Below, in pieces: positions 38,361 through 51,043 of a stretch of 64,000 nucleotides of DNA. The translations under genes and the position numbers were made by a program. The DNA lies in contig NC_068985.1 in the NCBI RefSeq assembly GCF_001194135.2, positions 17,863,824-17,927,823 of the forward strand. Reading direction: 5' to 3'. The stretch comes from Octopus bimaculoides (lineage: Eukaryota). The notes beneath the pieces are model-generated. The model saw only the letters and a list, made by a program, of their open reading frames with translations, was not told the origin of the DNA and did no database searches. Numbering within the stretch: the stretch's first letter is position 1; each line of letters starts with the position of its first letter.

Positions 38361-38420
38361 CTTTCTAATATGCATTGAGTCGGCCATGAAAATTAATATA
38401 CGCCAATAAAAAACAAGCTT
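38361..38420 (-). other. TADA3: Probable first (5' leader) exon of TADA3; upstream end not defined
   Basis: Strong minus-strand donor AAG|gtaagc at 38361/38360 next to the PIGV start. The ATG exon has a splice acceptor, so an upstream exon is required. The assignment is inference. Confidence 0.6.
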
Positions 38421-38480
38421 TTAACCATTATTAAAAACTAGCCAATCAAATTCCACGACCCTAATTTCTGTTGGTAAACT
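38361..38480. promoter_or_regulatory. Putative compact bidirectional promoter shared by TADA3 and PIGV
   Basis: Divergent genes. CCAAT motifs at 38403-38407 and 38442-38446. Flanks look CpG-richer than the distal introns (by eye). Confidence 0.55.
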
Positions 38481-38549
38481 ATGGACAAGTGGCAGAAAGA
38501 TATAATATATTTTTCTCTGATATATAAATTCTTCCTTCTTGCTTTGCAG
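38481..38549 (+). CDS. PIGV: PIGV coding exon 1
   Basis: ATG...TTGCAG|gtaatt, 69 nt, MDKWQKDIIYFSLIYKFFLLALQ. Resembles the recalled PIGV N-terminal segment ending LQ and splices in phase 0 to the large exon. Confidence 0.8.
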
Positions 38550-40633
38550 GTAATTTGTGTATACTTAATTATCTAAATAGTACTTATTTGTTTACTTAAT
38601 ATTTTTCTTTTGAATCTGAAGAAATATTTGTAGATTACATGTATTTTGCTGCATTCAAACAAAAAAACCGGTCTCAATGTTTCCCTTCCAGCTGCATCTA
38701 TTTCCCCCAAATCTCAATTAGCTGAGCTTATTGGGAGTTATCCCCTTGCTTGTTCTTAGACGTTAGAAACATGTTATTTCCAGGGATAATCGAAGTGTTT
38801 ATTTTTAACTCACTTTATTCGAGACCTGAAAGCTTATAACTTGTATAAAACCTTTCTGAAATACTAATAATGCATTCAGTTATTTATTTCTCGATAAAAT
38901 TATTGTAAATAGTCAGGGGGAGGTAATGAAAACAATCGAGAAAATGAAGAAAACTAAACTAACTTTGTCAGTCACGAAATATAAAAAAAAAATGTTTACA
39001 AACAGAATTGTATATTTATTTAATCGAAAGTGTTCGTTATGTATTCAGTTTAAAGGATACCAGTTACATATACCATTATATAAATTGATCCTAGCGTCAT
39101 TTTCGTGCAATTGATACTACATGAATTCATCTAAATAACTTGATAAAGGCGTACGCCACATGTTAAAAGATTGTTTACATTTTTTTCCATGTGTATCCAG
39201 GTATTTTGACGTAGACACCATTTAGTTGGGCCTATGAATTTTATATTATTACTAACAATATTCGTATTTTTTAAAAATAAATTCATCGATGATATATTTT
39301 GGAAACACTTCACTGACTTGTATTTGTTACTTGAAATAATATTTTTCTTATTTTGTCAGTTTCGTTTTCCAACTTCTATTGTTTTCATTATCTCTCGTTA
39401 CTCTGCTTTTTGGAACGAGTATTTCGACTATACTGGACTTATCTGCAACAATAAATAGAGAAGATACAAACTTTCGTAAATGTTAGCGTAACAAATACCA
39501 AAGATTAAATCACTTACACACTTTCCTTTTAGATATTTACGAGAAAGACGGAAACTTTTAAATCTAAGACATATAGAAAGAAAATCAGTTGGATCGATGG
39601 CAAACTCTAGGGGATGTTTAAAAAATGGAATTATTTAGATGAAACGCGAAACTTAGATGAGGTATTAATCTGGATTAACGGTGAACTTGTCTGCTTTATA
39701 CTGTACTTGCTTTGGTGCACTGTTGTTGGTTAGCCCCAGGTCAACCCCCTGATGAAGTAGGCCCAGCCGAGACAATCTTGTATTTTTGAGGTATGCAGAA
39801 CTACATGATCTAACGTTCTTTTCTTACTTAAAAAAAGGTATGATGCGAAGAAATTTGACTGCTATTTCTAGCCTAACGACCACGCGGTGGTTCCCTTTTG
39901 GGAAACAGGTGGCGTGGAAGGTACAAGATGTTCTTTGTGAGCTAAGTAGAGTTGTCTGTAAACCAGTCATAACTATAGTTTGGTCACTCCTACCTCCTTA
40001 GGGCTTTGTTTCCTTATAATTTTTTTAGTAATGCATATTTCTACGTAAAATTTTGTTAAGGGATATTTGAAAGGTGTAGATGATGTTTCGCCACCCTTAT
40101 TAAACGTCCATGTTCCACGCTTGCAAGGGATCTTATGGGCACAAAGACTGCATCGTACTCCAGTGTCTGCTTTGACATGGTTTCTACGACCGAATGCTCT
40201 TCCTAATACCGACCACTTTACAACCTATACTGGGTAATTTCTCTGTTACCAGCATTAGTGAGGCTACCATGCAGTTTGCAGGATTACAAACCCCATGGAC
40301 GCAGCTTTATGGTGGGAGATGAGGGGGGGGAGATGGGTAAAAGTATGAGAAAAAGGATCCGGAGCAGAGTAGGTTTCTTTCTGTAGAGGCGCCACATGAA
40401 CAAATATTTTAGGAAAGACGGTAGGAATGATTGAGTAGAGATAGAGAGCGATGGGGTGGGGAAAGATGTCAATATCTTTTCTTAACAATTCACTTAACTC
40501 GTTCATGATCATTATACAACATGCAGATTCTCCCACCAAGAAGAAAAAACAAAATAAAACGAGTTCATTATCCAGTTTGTTATTGTTAATTATCATAATC
40601 AACTTGAAAACTGGAAGGTACAAAAAAAAAAAT

Positions 40634-42319
40634 AGTACTTTTTGGTTATCTCACCCCCATCAAAAAGTTGGGTTATCTCCCCATGGCCTACTCAACGATT
40701 TTGTTTCATCTTATTTTTTATGCCTGATTAATTTCCTCTACATTATGAATTTTTTATGTCAAAGCGAAATTTGCGAAGATGAAACATCCAGTGTTTCTCT
40801 TTCTCAAGGAAAAAAAAAAAATTCTTCACCAAGAAAGGCAATGCAATAACAGTCACTTTATGGATTTCTCAGTTGGAAGTCAAAATAGATGGTGGTGTAG
40901 AATTCATGGATGCAGACATGAACAAGGAATAAGAACAGAAAATTGGTTTACTTATTCACGTTCATCTTTGCGTAAAGTAGCACTTTTCATATAATGCTGG
41001 GCACACAACGTGACTAGTATCAAATTTTGTGAATATGAACTCGAAATGAAAGCCAATTGCGTTGTTGACTCGAATAATTATTTGAGAGAAGTTTGTGTTT
41101 GTGAAGCGCACATTTCGGTTAACCCAAGAGTGATTGGAGTACCCAACATGACTTGAAATTAATGTAAGTTTGTTCACTAAAAGAAAAAAATTGTGTCGGA
41201 GGTCAACTACCTCAACAATGGATTTTTAGAGGTATTTGTAGAGAAACAACAGTGTTTCATGTTTATTGTCCCTGACAGGTCTGTGACAACACTTCTTCCA
41301 ATAATAGAAAATAATATAAGACTTGGTACTACCATCATAAGTGACAAATAGTCAGCATATAAAAATATAATATTGGTCATTGTCAACATCACACTGTTAA
41401 TCATTCTCTACACTTGGTCAGTCCTACTAATAGAGCTCACATTCAAAATATACTTTTCTGCTCTAGGCACAAGGCCTGAAATTTTCAGGGAGGGGGCCAG
41501 TCGATTAGATTGACCCTAGTACGCAACTGATACTTAATTTATTGACCCCGAAAGGATGAAAGGCAAAGTCGACCTCTGCAGAAATTGAACTCAGAATGTA
41601 AAGACAAATGAAATACCTCTAAGCATTTTATCCAGCATTCTAATGATACTGCCAGCTCGCCGCCTTAAATAATTGTTTCTACTCTAGGCACAGGGCCTTG
41701 AAAATTTTTTGGGGAAAGGGACTAGTCGATTACATTGACCCCAGTGTGTAACTGGAACTTATTTCATCGATCCCCAAAAGGATCAAGAGCATAAGTTGAC
41801 CTCGGTGGAATTTGACCTAAGAATGCAGCAGAAGACGAAATAACGCTGAGCATTTCACCTGGTGTGCTAACAATTCTACCAGCTCGCTACCTTTCACACC
41901 CAAAATATTGAAAGACTTTGGACGAGTGGTAAAGAGAAAAAAAGACAAAATGGCACTCACAGAGGTCTACTGGACTCACCTATGTGTGAGTTTATGTGGC
42001 AACAAGAAATTAGATTAAAAGGATTATATCCTTTTGATTCAGTGCTTCAACATATTGACTTTTGGCATCCTCAATAGACATGGTATGACTTGTTATAAAA
42101 ATGTTATCAGATTCAACAAGATGTTTAATTTTTTCAATTTTCTATGGTTTGTTACAAAAATATTATCGGATTCAATAAGATGTTTAATCTTTTTGTTTTA
42201 TTGAGGGTTAAACAATTTTTTTAGTTGAGGGACAAAACCAAAAGTACCAATATTTTTCATAAAACGGGAAGGGGGAGATAACCCAATTTTTTAATGGGGT
42301 GAGATAACCAAAAAGTACC
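40634..42319 (+). mobile_element. Complete but inactivated Merlin (IS1595/ISXO2-like) DNA transposon in PIGV intron 1
   Basis: ~48-bp TIRs ((a/g)gtactttttggttatctcacccc...gggttatctcccc) at 40634-40683 and 42272-42319. 9-bp TSD aaaaaaaat at 40625-40633 and 42320-42328. Broken ORF from ATG 40745 with a Cys/His-rich N-terminus, EINVSLFTKRK, QQWIFRG, TLLPII, TTIISD, HTVNHS and HTQNIERLW. Confidence 0.88.
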
Positions 42320-45300
42320 AAAAAAAATTTCCCAGTTTACCTTTATCCTATTTACTATACAAATTGAAAATTTTCAAAAATTCAAGTACTTTTGATTTGT
42401 GTTGTAATAGGCAAAAACCATAAACTGAGAAACTTTTTTGGTGCTTTCTTCCAATTTCCATGTTTATTATGAATAATGTTGATCATGATAATGTTATTTT
42501 TATGTTGGGCAATGATCACGAGCAAGTTATTGAATATTTAAGAGGCATGGATTTCTTTTCTTTTTGAGTTAAAAGAAAAAAATTCAATTTAAAAAAATGT
42601 TTCATCAAAATAATTGTCATCTACAACTTTGAAAACATATCTCCGCAAAAGGTATTATTAAAAATAATGTAAGGAAGCAAAATCTCTAGAATTGGAGTGC
42701 TGAATCTTTGACAAAGACAATATACTCTTTCCTCAAAGTGCTATATAAAAAATGTTGGTGTTGGTACTGGTACCATGTAAAAGGCACTGGTTGCTGGCAC
42801 CATATAAAAAGCATTCAGTAGATTCTGTAAACTGGTTGGTGTTAGGAAGGGCATCCAGCTGTAGAAGACCATGCCAAATCAGACTATGGGACTTGGTGCA
42901 ACGTCTGATCTTGCCAGTTCCTGTCAAGCCATCCAACCCATGGTAGCAGGGAAAGCAATCATTAAATAATGATGATGATTGGTACCATGCAAAGGTAGAA
43001 AATGCCATTGTAACAGCCATAAAATGTTAGGTTTGTCATGAACCTTTAGCACTCATAAGGCTGGAGCTTAAATTGGTTTCTGTTATGTATAAGTGATTAA
43101 GATTGCAACACTTCCCCTGAACAGTACCCCAGTCTGTCATGGGGTTAATTTCCCAACTCCTGCTAGAACTCATTTGCAACTGAGTAGACTGGAGCAACAG
43201 GAAATGAAGTGTTTTGGTCTAGAACACAATGTACCATCTAGTCTGGGAAATCAAAACCATGATTTTATGATCATGAGTGCAACACTCTCACTCCTAGGCT
43301 ATGAGCCTTCACTGTAACAACCTTAACACGATAATGAATATGTAAATGATAGGTGTTTTATTAGATTGCGAGGACTGAGATATCTGGTACCTTGCTGTAC
43401 TCAAGAAGACCTGTCCTCCACAGCAGAAGTGTTAAGGCTGCCCCACCTGATGAAGAGGATTGACCTGCAAGAGCCTTCTTCTGCTGCCACATAAAATGCA
43501 TTCATGCCACTGCCATATAAAAGCAGCCAGCACACTCTGTAAAGTGGTTGGCATTAGGAAGGGCATCCAGCTGTAGAAACCAGGCCAAAGCAGATGACAA
43601 GAACCTGGTGCAGCTCTCTAGCTTGCCAATTCCAGTCAGACCATCCAACCCATGGAAAACAGACATTTAAGGATGATGATAGGTTAGTGGAAAGCAGTTA
43701 AATAACATCAATAGCACTATGCAATAAAGATAGGTGGCCACTGAGCTGAAGTTGTGAACAGGATTCATTGCACATTGTTCATGTTAATGTCCATGGGAAG
43801 AGCTGTTGGTAGTGTTCTGGTTAGTTGACTTTTTATTTTAATATTTTAGTCCAAAGGCAAGCTGGCAGAAATGTTAGAACACCAGGCAAAATGTTTTGAG
43901 TTGAAATTCCACCGAGATCAACTTTGCCTTTCATCCTTTCAGGGTTGATAAATTAAGTACCAGTTGCATACTGGAGTCGATCTAATCGACTGACCCTGCC
44001 AACAATTTTGGGCCTTGTGCCTAGAGTAGAAAAGAATATTGTAGTCCAAAGACAATATGCAAAGCTAGTGGACTTTACAAATCCCATTTGATTGGTTGAT
44101 AAGAACAATGAAGTAAGGTTAATATGGTTTATGTCCAGTTTGAACTTTTGAAAGAAAACATAGGACAAGTACCAAAGCAGTCAAAAGTATATGGATAGTT
44201 CTGAGTGCAGGCGAGGGCATTGCATTGTAAGAAATGCGTGTTTATACAAATTCATTAGCTTTTCTTTCACAGTAAAGTGTAGATTGTACAATGTTTGTGT
44301 ATGAAGTGTGGCAGTGAGATGTAACCCCTGAAAGCAGAAGGTTTGTAAAAACCAGAACAAAATGAAGTGATTATGTGTGATGTTAGTGTGCATGAACAGC
44401 TGTTATGTACAAATGAACTGAAAGAAAAAACTGGATACAAGAGGTATCAAATGTTCTGTGCTGGTACAAGTATGGGACGTGTATAGATGACAGCTGCACA
44501 CATAAAGATGTGCTTCATGTTTAAAAAGAGGGATAGAAGCAGTTTGCCTCCCATTCAACTGCAGTTGGCAGCTATTTATGTGATTTCTACCCAAGCAGCT
44601 GTATACTTCGCTTCCAACCCAATGGCAGTTGGCCATATTACCACTCAGAATTAAGCATCCAGATCATCTTAAAGAGTTTATTACTGTGTCTGATGCAAAT
44701 CTAATTTAAGCTTTTAATGAAAATATTTCAACTTCTTGATACATGTTGAGTTAGAATGGGACGTCTGGGCATTGACGTTTTGGCACAACTGCTTTGATGA
44801 TGGACAATTTGACACTGCAACATGTGTGCGCATACACATACAACCATACCGAAGGGAGAGTAAACAGAAATATTGATTTCAGATGTTGGTACAAGGCCAG
44901 CAATTTCGGAGGAGGGGGTAAGTCGATTACATCGACCCCAGAATTTAACTGCTACTTATTTTATCGACCCCCCCCCCGCTAAAAAGAAAGACGGATGAAA
45001 TGTCACTAGCATTTTTGCCCGTCGTGCTAACGAATCTGTCCGCTCGCCGCCTTAGGACTAAACATTTTGTCCTGCACGCTAACCATTCTGCCAGCTCGCT
45101 GCAGGGTAAACAGTAATATTGGCTCCAAATCTTGGTACAAAGCTAAGCCAGCAATTGTAGAAGAGACTGCAAGTCAATTACATCGACCCCAGTTTTCAGC
45201 TGGTACTTATTTTAAAGATGAAAGGCAAACTCAGGACGTAAAGTCGGAAGAAATNNNNNNNNNNNNNNNNNNNNNNNNNNNNNNNNNNNNNNNNNNNNNN

Positions 45301-46799
45301 NNNNNNNNNNNNNNNNNNNNNNNNNNNNNNNNNNNNNNNNNNNNNNNNNNNNNNNNNNNNNNNNNNNNNNNNNNNNNNNNNNNNNNNNNNNNNNNNNNNN
45401 NNNNNNNNNNNNNNNNNNNNNNNNNNNNNNNNNNNNNNNNNNNNNNNNNNNNNNNNNNNNNNNNNNNNNNNNNNNTATATATATATATATATATATATAT
45501 TGCTCACAAGGGGCTAAACATAGAAGGGACAAACAAGGACCGACAAAGGGATTAAGTCGATTACATCGACCTCAGTGCGTAACTGGTACTTATTTAATCG
45601 ACCCCGAAAAGATGAAAGGCAGAGTCGACCTCGGCGGAATTCGAACTCAGATGAAATACCGCTAAGCATTTCGCCCGGCGTGCTAATGATTCTGCCAGCT
45701 CGCCACCCTGTATATTTTATATAATGTTGTATATATTTATTTTATTATAAATGCAAAACAACATCACGGAGGAATCGACGTAAGCTTAAATAATAAACTG
45801 CGATATGGAGAGGGATTACTGTAAAAGAAAATATATAATGCACGGATTTCAAAAGTGTAGCTATATTTAGTTTTTAAGTTGGTAATTATGAGCACCTCTA
45901 AACGTTTTTAGCTTCTGCATTCATTCATACCCAACTAATAAAAATGAGTTGTGTAGAATATGTGCACAAATACTTTGAATGATTTGGGGTGTTTGCACTC
46001 TTGTTTTGTTAATTCCAGTAAGAATATCATTGCAATAATCTAAATTAGAGACAATAAAGCAATGAATCATGTTTTGCATTTCCTTCATTCTGAAATTTCC
46101 TAACCTTGTGTAGGCTACACAGGTGGCATACAAGTACTATGAATAAGTCTTATCACCAAACTTTCAGTACCTATCAGATGTCACCACTAAACTTTTTGCT
46201 ATTGTTTATTGTTGAGACATGCATACGAGATCCAAATATTTATAGAAGCAAACCAGACAAGAACACCTTTAGTTTTATTTATACTGTATTTCATTTTATT
46301 GGATGTGAACCAGTTTAAAATGTGATCTAGAAAAGTTGACAAGAGGGAAACGTAAATCCATTGTCTGGTGTTTTAACTTGTAACTGTCAAAAATATTTGA
46401 TTATGGGTTGACATTAAAATGAGTATAGCAGAGGACCTGATACACAGCAGTTTACATTGGTCTTCTGAAAACAGCATTTTCTGGTGAGGTAAGAGTAGAC
46501 CCATTGAACTTGCATATTATGAAACCAAAAACATGACTGAAGACAAGTATAAAGATATCATGGTTAAATGTGTCAAACACCTCATGTAAATCAGAGAAAA
46601 TTACAGTTGATACATTGCCATTCCTCATCATCATCATCATCGTTTAACGTATCACCAGGTACAAAATAGGATTTGGAGAAGAAAGACATGGAAGCTGATA
46701 CAACTCTCTACTAGTATTAACTAATACTTATTGTAGGGGTTTCAAGAAAGGTATTAACTGATGCTTATTGTAGGAGTCATGAGAAAGAGACTAATAATG

Positions 46800-48030
46800 G
46801 AAGCAAAATTGGTAGTTTTTACTAGACAATCTGCTGAGGACTATAGTCCGGATTGGTTTTAGATAAACACAAGGAAACATGGTGTTGGAACAATAGTGTA
46901 GACAGAGTCATAACAGCTAAGAGCCAAGCTTGGGAAAATTGGAAGAAAGCAGGTAGAAGAGAAAAAGATCAAAAGCTAGAAGAGAAACTAGATGTCATGT
47001 ATACGCAGGAGAAAGGAAGATGTTGCTTATGTGTATGCAGAATGATAACTGCACAGTTGCTCTCACTGATGCTGAAAGAAAGTGGTATGAAAGTGTTTCA
47101 ATGAGAGGCTTTTGAACATGGAGAATGGGAGGGAGGGAGAGAGAGAGAGAGAGAATCTGCCCCAAGTAAACTCAGAAGAGGGACAGCCAGCCAAATTGAC
47201 AGTTATGTGGTTGATAGAGTGATTAAGGACATGAATGTAGGAAAACCAGCTGATTCATGAGGAGGGTCACTGAGATGCATAAAATATGAAGCAATGTAGG
47301 GTACAGACTAGTTATTTGAATAGTCAAGTCATGCAGGAATGTGTCATATCCAATGATTATCAAAGCAATGCTAATTCGAACTGCTAAAAAGACAAAGGAG
47401 ACATCTTAGAGGAGAAAACTACCAAGGCATCAAATTGTTGGATCAGGTTATGAACAGGATTAGCTTGAATGAGATTCATTTCAACTTTATCCTAGAAAGA
47501 GATGTCATATTTTCAGTGACACAGCTGCAAGGGGAGTATTTAGTTAGGAGTAAGCTCCTACCTTTAGCACTCATTGATGTGAAGAAAACTCTGACAGAGT
47601 CCTTTTGGTGTTGCTAAGCAAAGTAAAGGTAGATAAATAGCTCTTGAAAGATGTAAGGAGCTATGTACTGCTCAGTGGAAATCAGCAATGAGTCCAGTGA
47701 GTAATTTAATGTGCAAGTAAGGATCTTTCAGGGCTCAGTTCTCAACCATTTCTGTTTATCATAGTCCCCAAGCCATACAGAGGAATTGAGGACTGACTGT
47801 TCTTAAGAGTTCCTCTATGCTGATGAATTATCTCTTATAACAGATTTTGTTGAAGAACTGAAGCAGAAATTCTGGGCATGGAAGCAAGACCTGGAATCGA
47901 AGAGCCTTAAAATAAACTTAGCAAAAACATATTTTAGTAAGTAGGAAGGAAGTAAGGACACTGATACCATGAAGGAAATGGCTGTGCTCCTTATACATAA
48001 AAGGAGTTGGTAGAAATTTCGTAAATTGTG
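46800..48030 (+). mobile_element. Heavily decayed RTE-type LINE fragment (PIGV intron 1)
   Basis: HKETWCWNNSVDRVI region, then ctcagttctcaacc...ctctatgctgatga (GSVL and YADD remnants). Smaller relics of the family at ~29690-30060, 34400-34760 and 36519-36620. Confidence 0.7.
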
Positions 48031-48933
48031 CTAAGGTTAACAGAGAAAGAATTCATATGCAGCAGATACTTTTGGGCAATGAATACAAAAAATGCCTTGA
48101 GAAATAGATTCTTTCAAAAGCTCAGATGACTTTTTTTCATAAAAACCAGTCAAATTTTATGCTGATGAAATATTTAAATTGCCTGATAGATGGACATGTG
48201 TCATTAATAATAATGGAAATTATTTCAGTGAATAAGATTTATATCCCTTTTTGCATATTAAAAAATGCTCAGAGCTTTTCCTGATAACCTAATATATATA
48301 TATGCTACATGCTTCCATACAATTTTTGCCTATCAGTTCCATTCCCCAGGCATTGGTCAATCTGAAGCTACATTAGAAGACACTTAACCAGAGTGCCATA
48401 CCATAAGATAGAACTCGAAACCACTTGGCTTGAAAGTGAACTCCATATCCACACAGCCATAGATATGTGTGTATGTGTGTGTGTTTTATTGAATACTAGA
48501 AGATTTAGAAGACCAGTTTAGTGTTTATACCAATTCTGCAGTTCACAAAGGTCAATGCACTTAACTATTTGGAATTATTTGAGAGAAAATTAAGCAGAAA
48601 ATCTTTCTATAAACAAATCCAGCTAAGCTGACCTTATTCAATACCACTCTATAAATCTATCACATTTGATGTGGCTGTACACAAAGTAAGAAAATCTTGT
48701 GATGAGTTAGGTGATAGGTAAAGTAGCGACAAGAGTTCATACAGAGGGACTAATGAAAAGACTGGTGCAGGAAGACCAGATAACTCTGGCACTCACATTA
48801 CAGGTAATTTTACTTCGAATTGAACATGTGCAAGAGTGTGTATGCGTATAATTGTTATTGGTGTTGTTTGCACAATTGTCTGCATTTCTGTGTCATGACA
48901 TATATGTATTTATAGTCTATCCTTTTTTTTCAG

Positions 48934-50100
48934 ATGATTTCAAATGAAATACTTCCTGACCATGATGCTGGAGTTTTTAACCCTCCTTTTCCAGAAAGTT
49001 CTGGGATTTTTGATTCTCTCATTGATAAACTTTTTGGAGGTTTAAGACGCTGGGATGCCGTTTATTTTCTGCATATTGCAAATCATGGCTACACTTATGA
49101 AAACTGTTTGGCATTTTTCCCACTTTTCCCTCTCACAGTTTATATATTTTCATCCTGCCTGTATTTCCCTTTTTATTTTATCTTCAGTTTTTCAAGACTC
49201 CTTCTATTAACTGCTGTTTCTCTTAACATGATATTTTCTGTTCTTTCATCACTTACATTATACAACTTAGGAAAAGAAGCAACAGGGAGCCAATCATTGG
49301 CTTTCAAAGCAGCATTATTATACATCCTTTCTCCAGCTTCAGTCTTTTTCATGGCTCCATATTCTGAAAGTCTATTCAGTTTCCTCTCTTTCACCGGAAT
49401 GCTTTTACACCTGAAACAAAGACCGATATATGCTGCCTTATTATTTGGTTTTAGTGCTTTAGCACGTTCAAATGGTATAGTAGCTCTTGGATTTATCTTG
49501 CATTGGAATTTACAAAAATTTTTAAATATTACCTTTTTATGTCAAAAGAAGCTGTTAATGATGAAAGAGCATCTTAAAAACTTTATATTTACAATCATCC
49601 AAATCATAATTCTTGTAGCTCCATTTTTCTTATACCAGTTATATACTTTTCTTCTCTATTGTAAACCAAATGACTCAAAGGAACACTTAATAAAAACTCC
49701 TTTTGATATTCATGTAACTAAATATGGACATGAAATGGGCTTTAAATTTCCAGATAATTCTACCAATGTTTCAGAGTGGTGTCATTATAAACTTCCCATT
49801 TCATATTCATTTATTCAAAAACATTATTGGAATACAGGGTTCCTTAGATATTTTCACTGGAAACAAATTCCTAACTTTCTACTGGCTTCACCAATGATTT
49901 GTCTTTGTTTAGCTTCTTGCTATACATATTTTAAACTACAGAGAAGTCACTGCTTATTCCTTGGACTGACTATTCCCAGAAGAAGTAAAATATCAAATCC
50001 AAAAGCCATGAAATATGGTTTCTCTAATATGCAAATTTTTGTATTTGGTGCACAAATGCTATTTTTTACAATATTTGGATTTTTTTGTATTCATGTACAG
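48934..50100 (+). CDS. PIGV: PIGV (GPI mannosyltransferase II) large coding exon
   Basis: tttttttcag|ATG...GTACAG|gtaaga, 1167 nt. Motifs ILPDH, GGLRRWDAVYFLHIANHGY, AFFPLFP, PASVFFMAPYSESLF, RSNG, YSFIQKHYWNTGFLRYFHWKQIPNFLLASP and HVQ. Multi-pass hydrophobic profile typical of PIG-V/Gpi18. Confidence 0.97.
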
Positions 50101-50631
50101 GTAAGAAATATTTTAATCTACTGTTCTGTGTACATTAAGTGAAATAACTATCTAGGATTATTTTAGGAATAATATTAAAAATTTTCTAAAGAATTATATA
50201 CTGGGTGCTCGAAATAACCATTGTAAAGTTTCAAAAAGAAATTCTCTGTATGAAAGTGAAAAGAGTACAGAAAGTAGAGGATGCAGTGTAGTTATATATA
50301 CATACATACATACATACATANNNNNNNNNNNNNNNNNNNNNNNNNNNNNNNNNNNNNNNNNNNNNNNNNNNNNNNNNNNNNNNNNNNNNNNNNNNNNNNN
50401 NNNNNNNNNNNNNNNNNNNNNNNNNNNNNNNNNNNNNNNNNNNNNNNNNNNNNNNNNNNNNNNNNNNNNNNNNNNNNNNNNNNNNNNNNNNNNNNNNNNN
50501 NNNNNNNNNNNNNNNNNNNNNNNNNNNNNNNNNNNNNNNNNNNNNNNNNNNNNNNNNNNNNNNNNNNNNNNNNNNNNNNNNNNNNNNNNNNNNNNNNNNN
50601 NNNNNNNNNNNNNNNNNNNNNNNNNNNNNNN

Positions 50632-50932
50632 GTGTTTATTGAGCGAAAACACCTAAAGCTCCACGAGGCTCCGGCAGGGGATAGTGGCAAACCCTGCTGT
50701 ACTCTTTCACCACAACTTTCTCTCACTCTTTCTTCCTGTTTCTGTTGTGCCTGTAATTCAAAGGGTCAGCCTTGTCGCACTGTTTCACGCTGAATATACC
50801 CGATAACTATGTTAAGGGTGCACGTGTCTGTGGAGTGCTCAGCCACTTGCGCGTTAATTTCACGAGCAGGCTGTTCTGTTGATTGGATCAACTGGAACCC
50901 TCGACGTCGTAAGCGACGGAGTGCCAACAGCA
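50632..50932 (+). mobile_element. SINE family A, head hidden in N gap (PIGV intron 2)
   Basis: Reverse complement of the family A body, ending gagtgccaacagc. Confidence 0.88.
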
Positions 50933-51043
50933 AAAAAATTTGAAACAAAGACTATATGCAAAGCCTCTCTCTAGAAATATTGTAAATGAATAATTGTTGT
51001 CTTGTTAGATATAAAATATATGAAGAATATTTTCTTGTTGCAG

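Noticed and set aside
39360-39476. Possible extra PIGV exon after ttttgtcag
   Set aside because: In-frame TAG and a weak donor. The three-exon model already gives a full-length protein.
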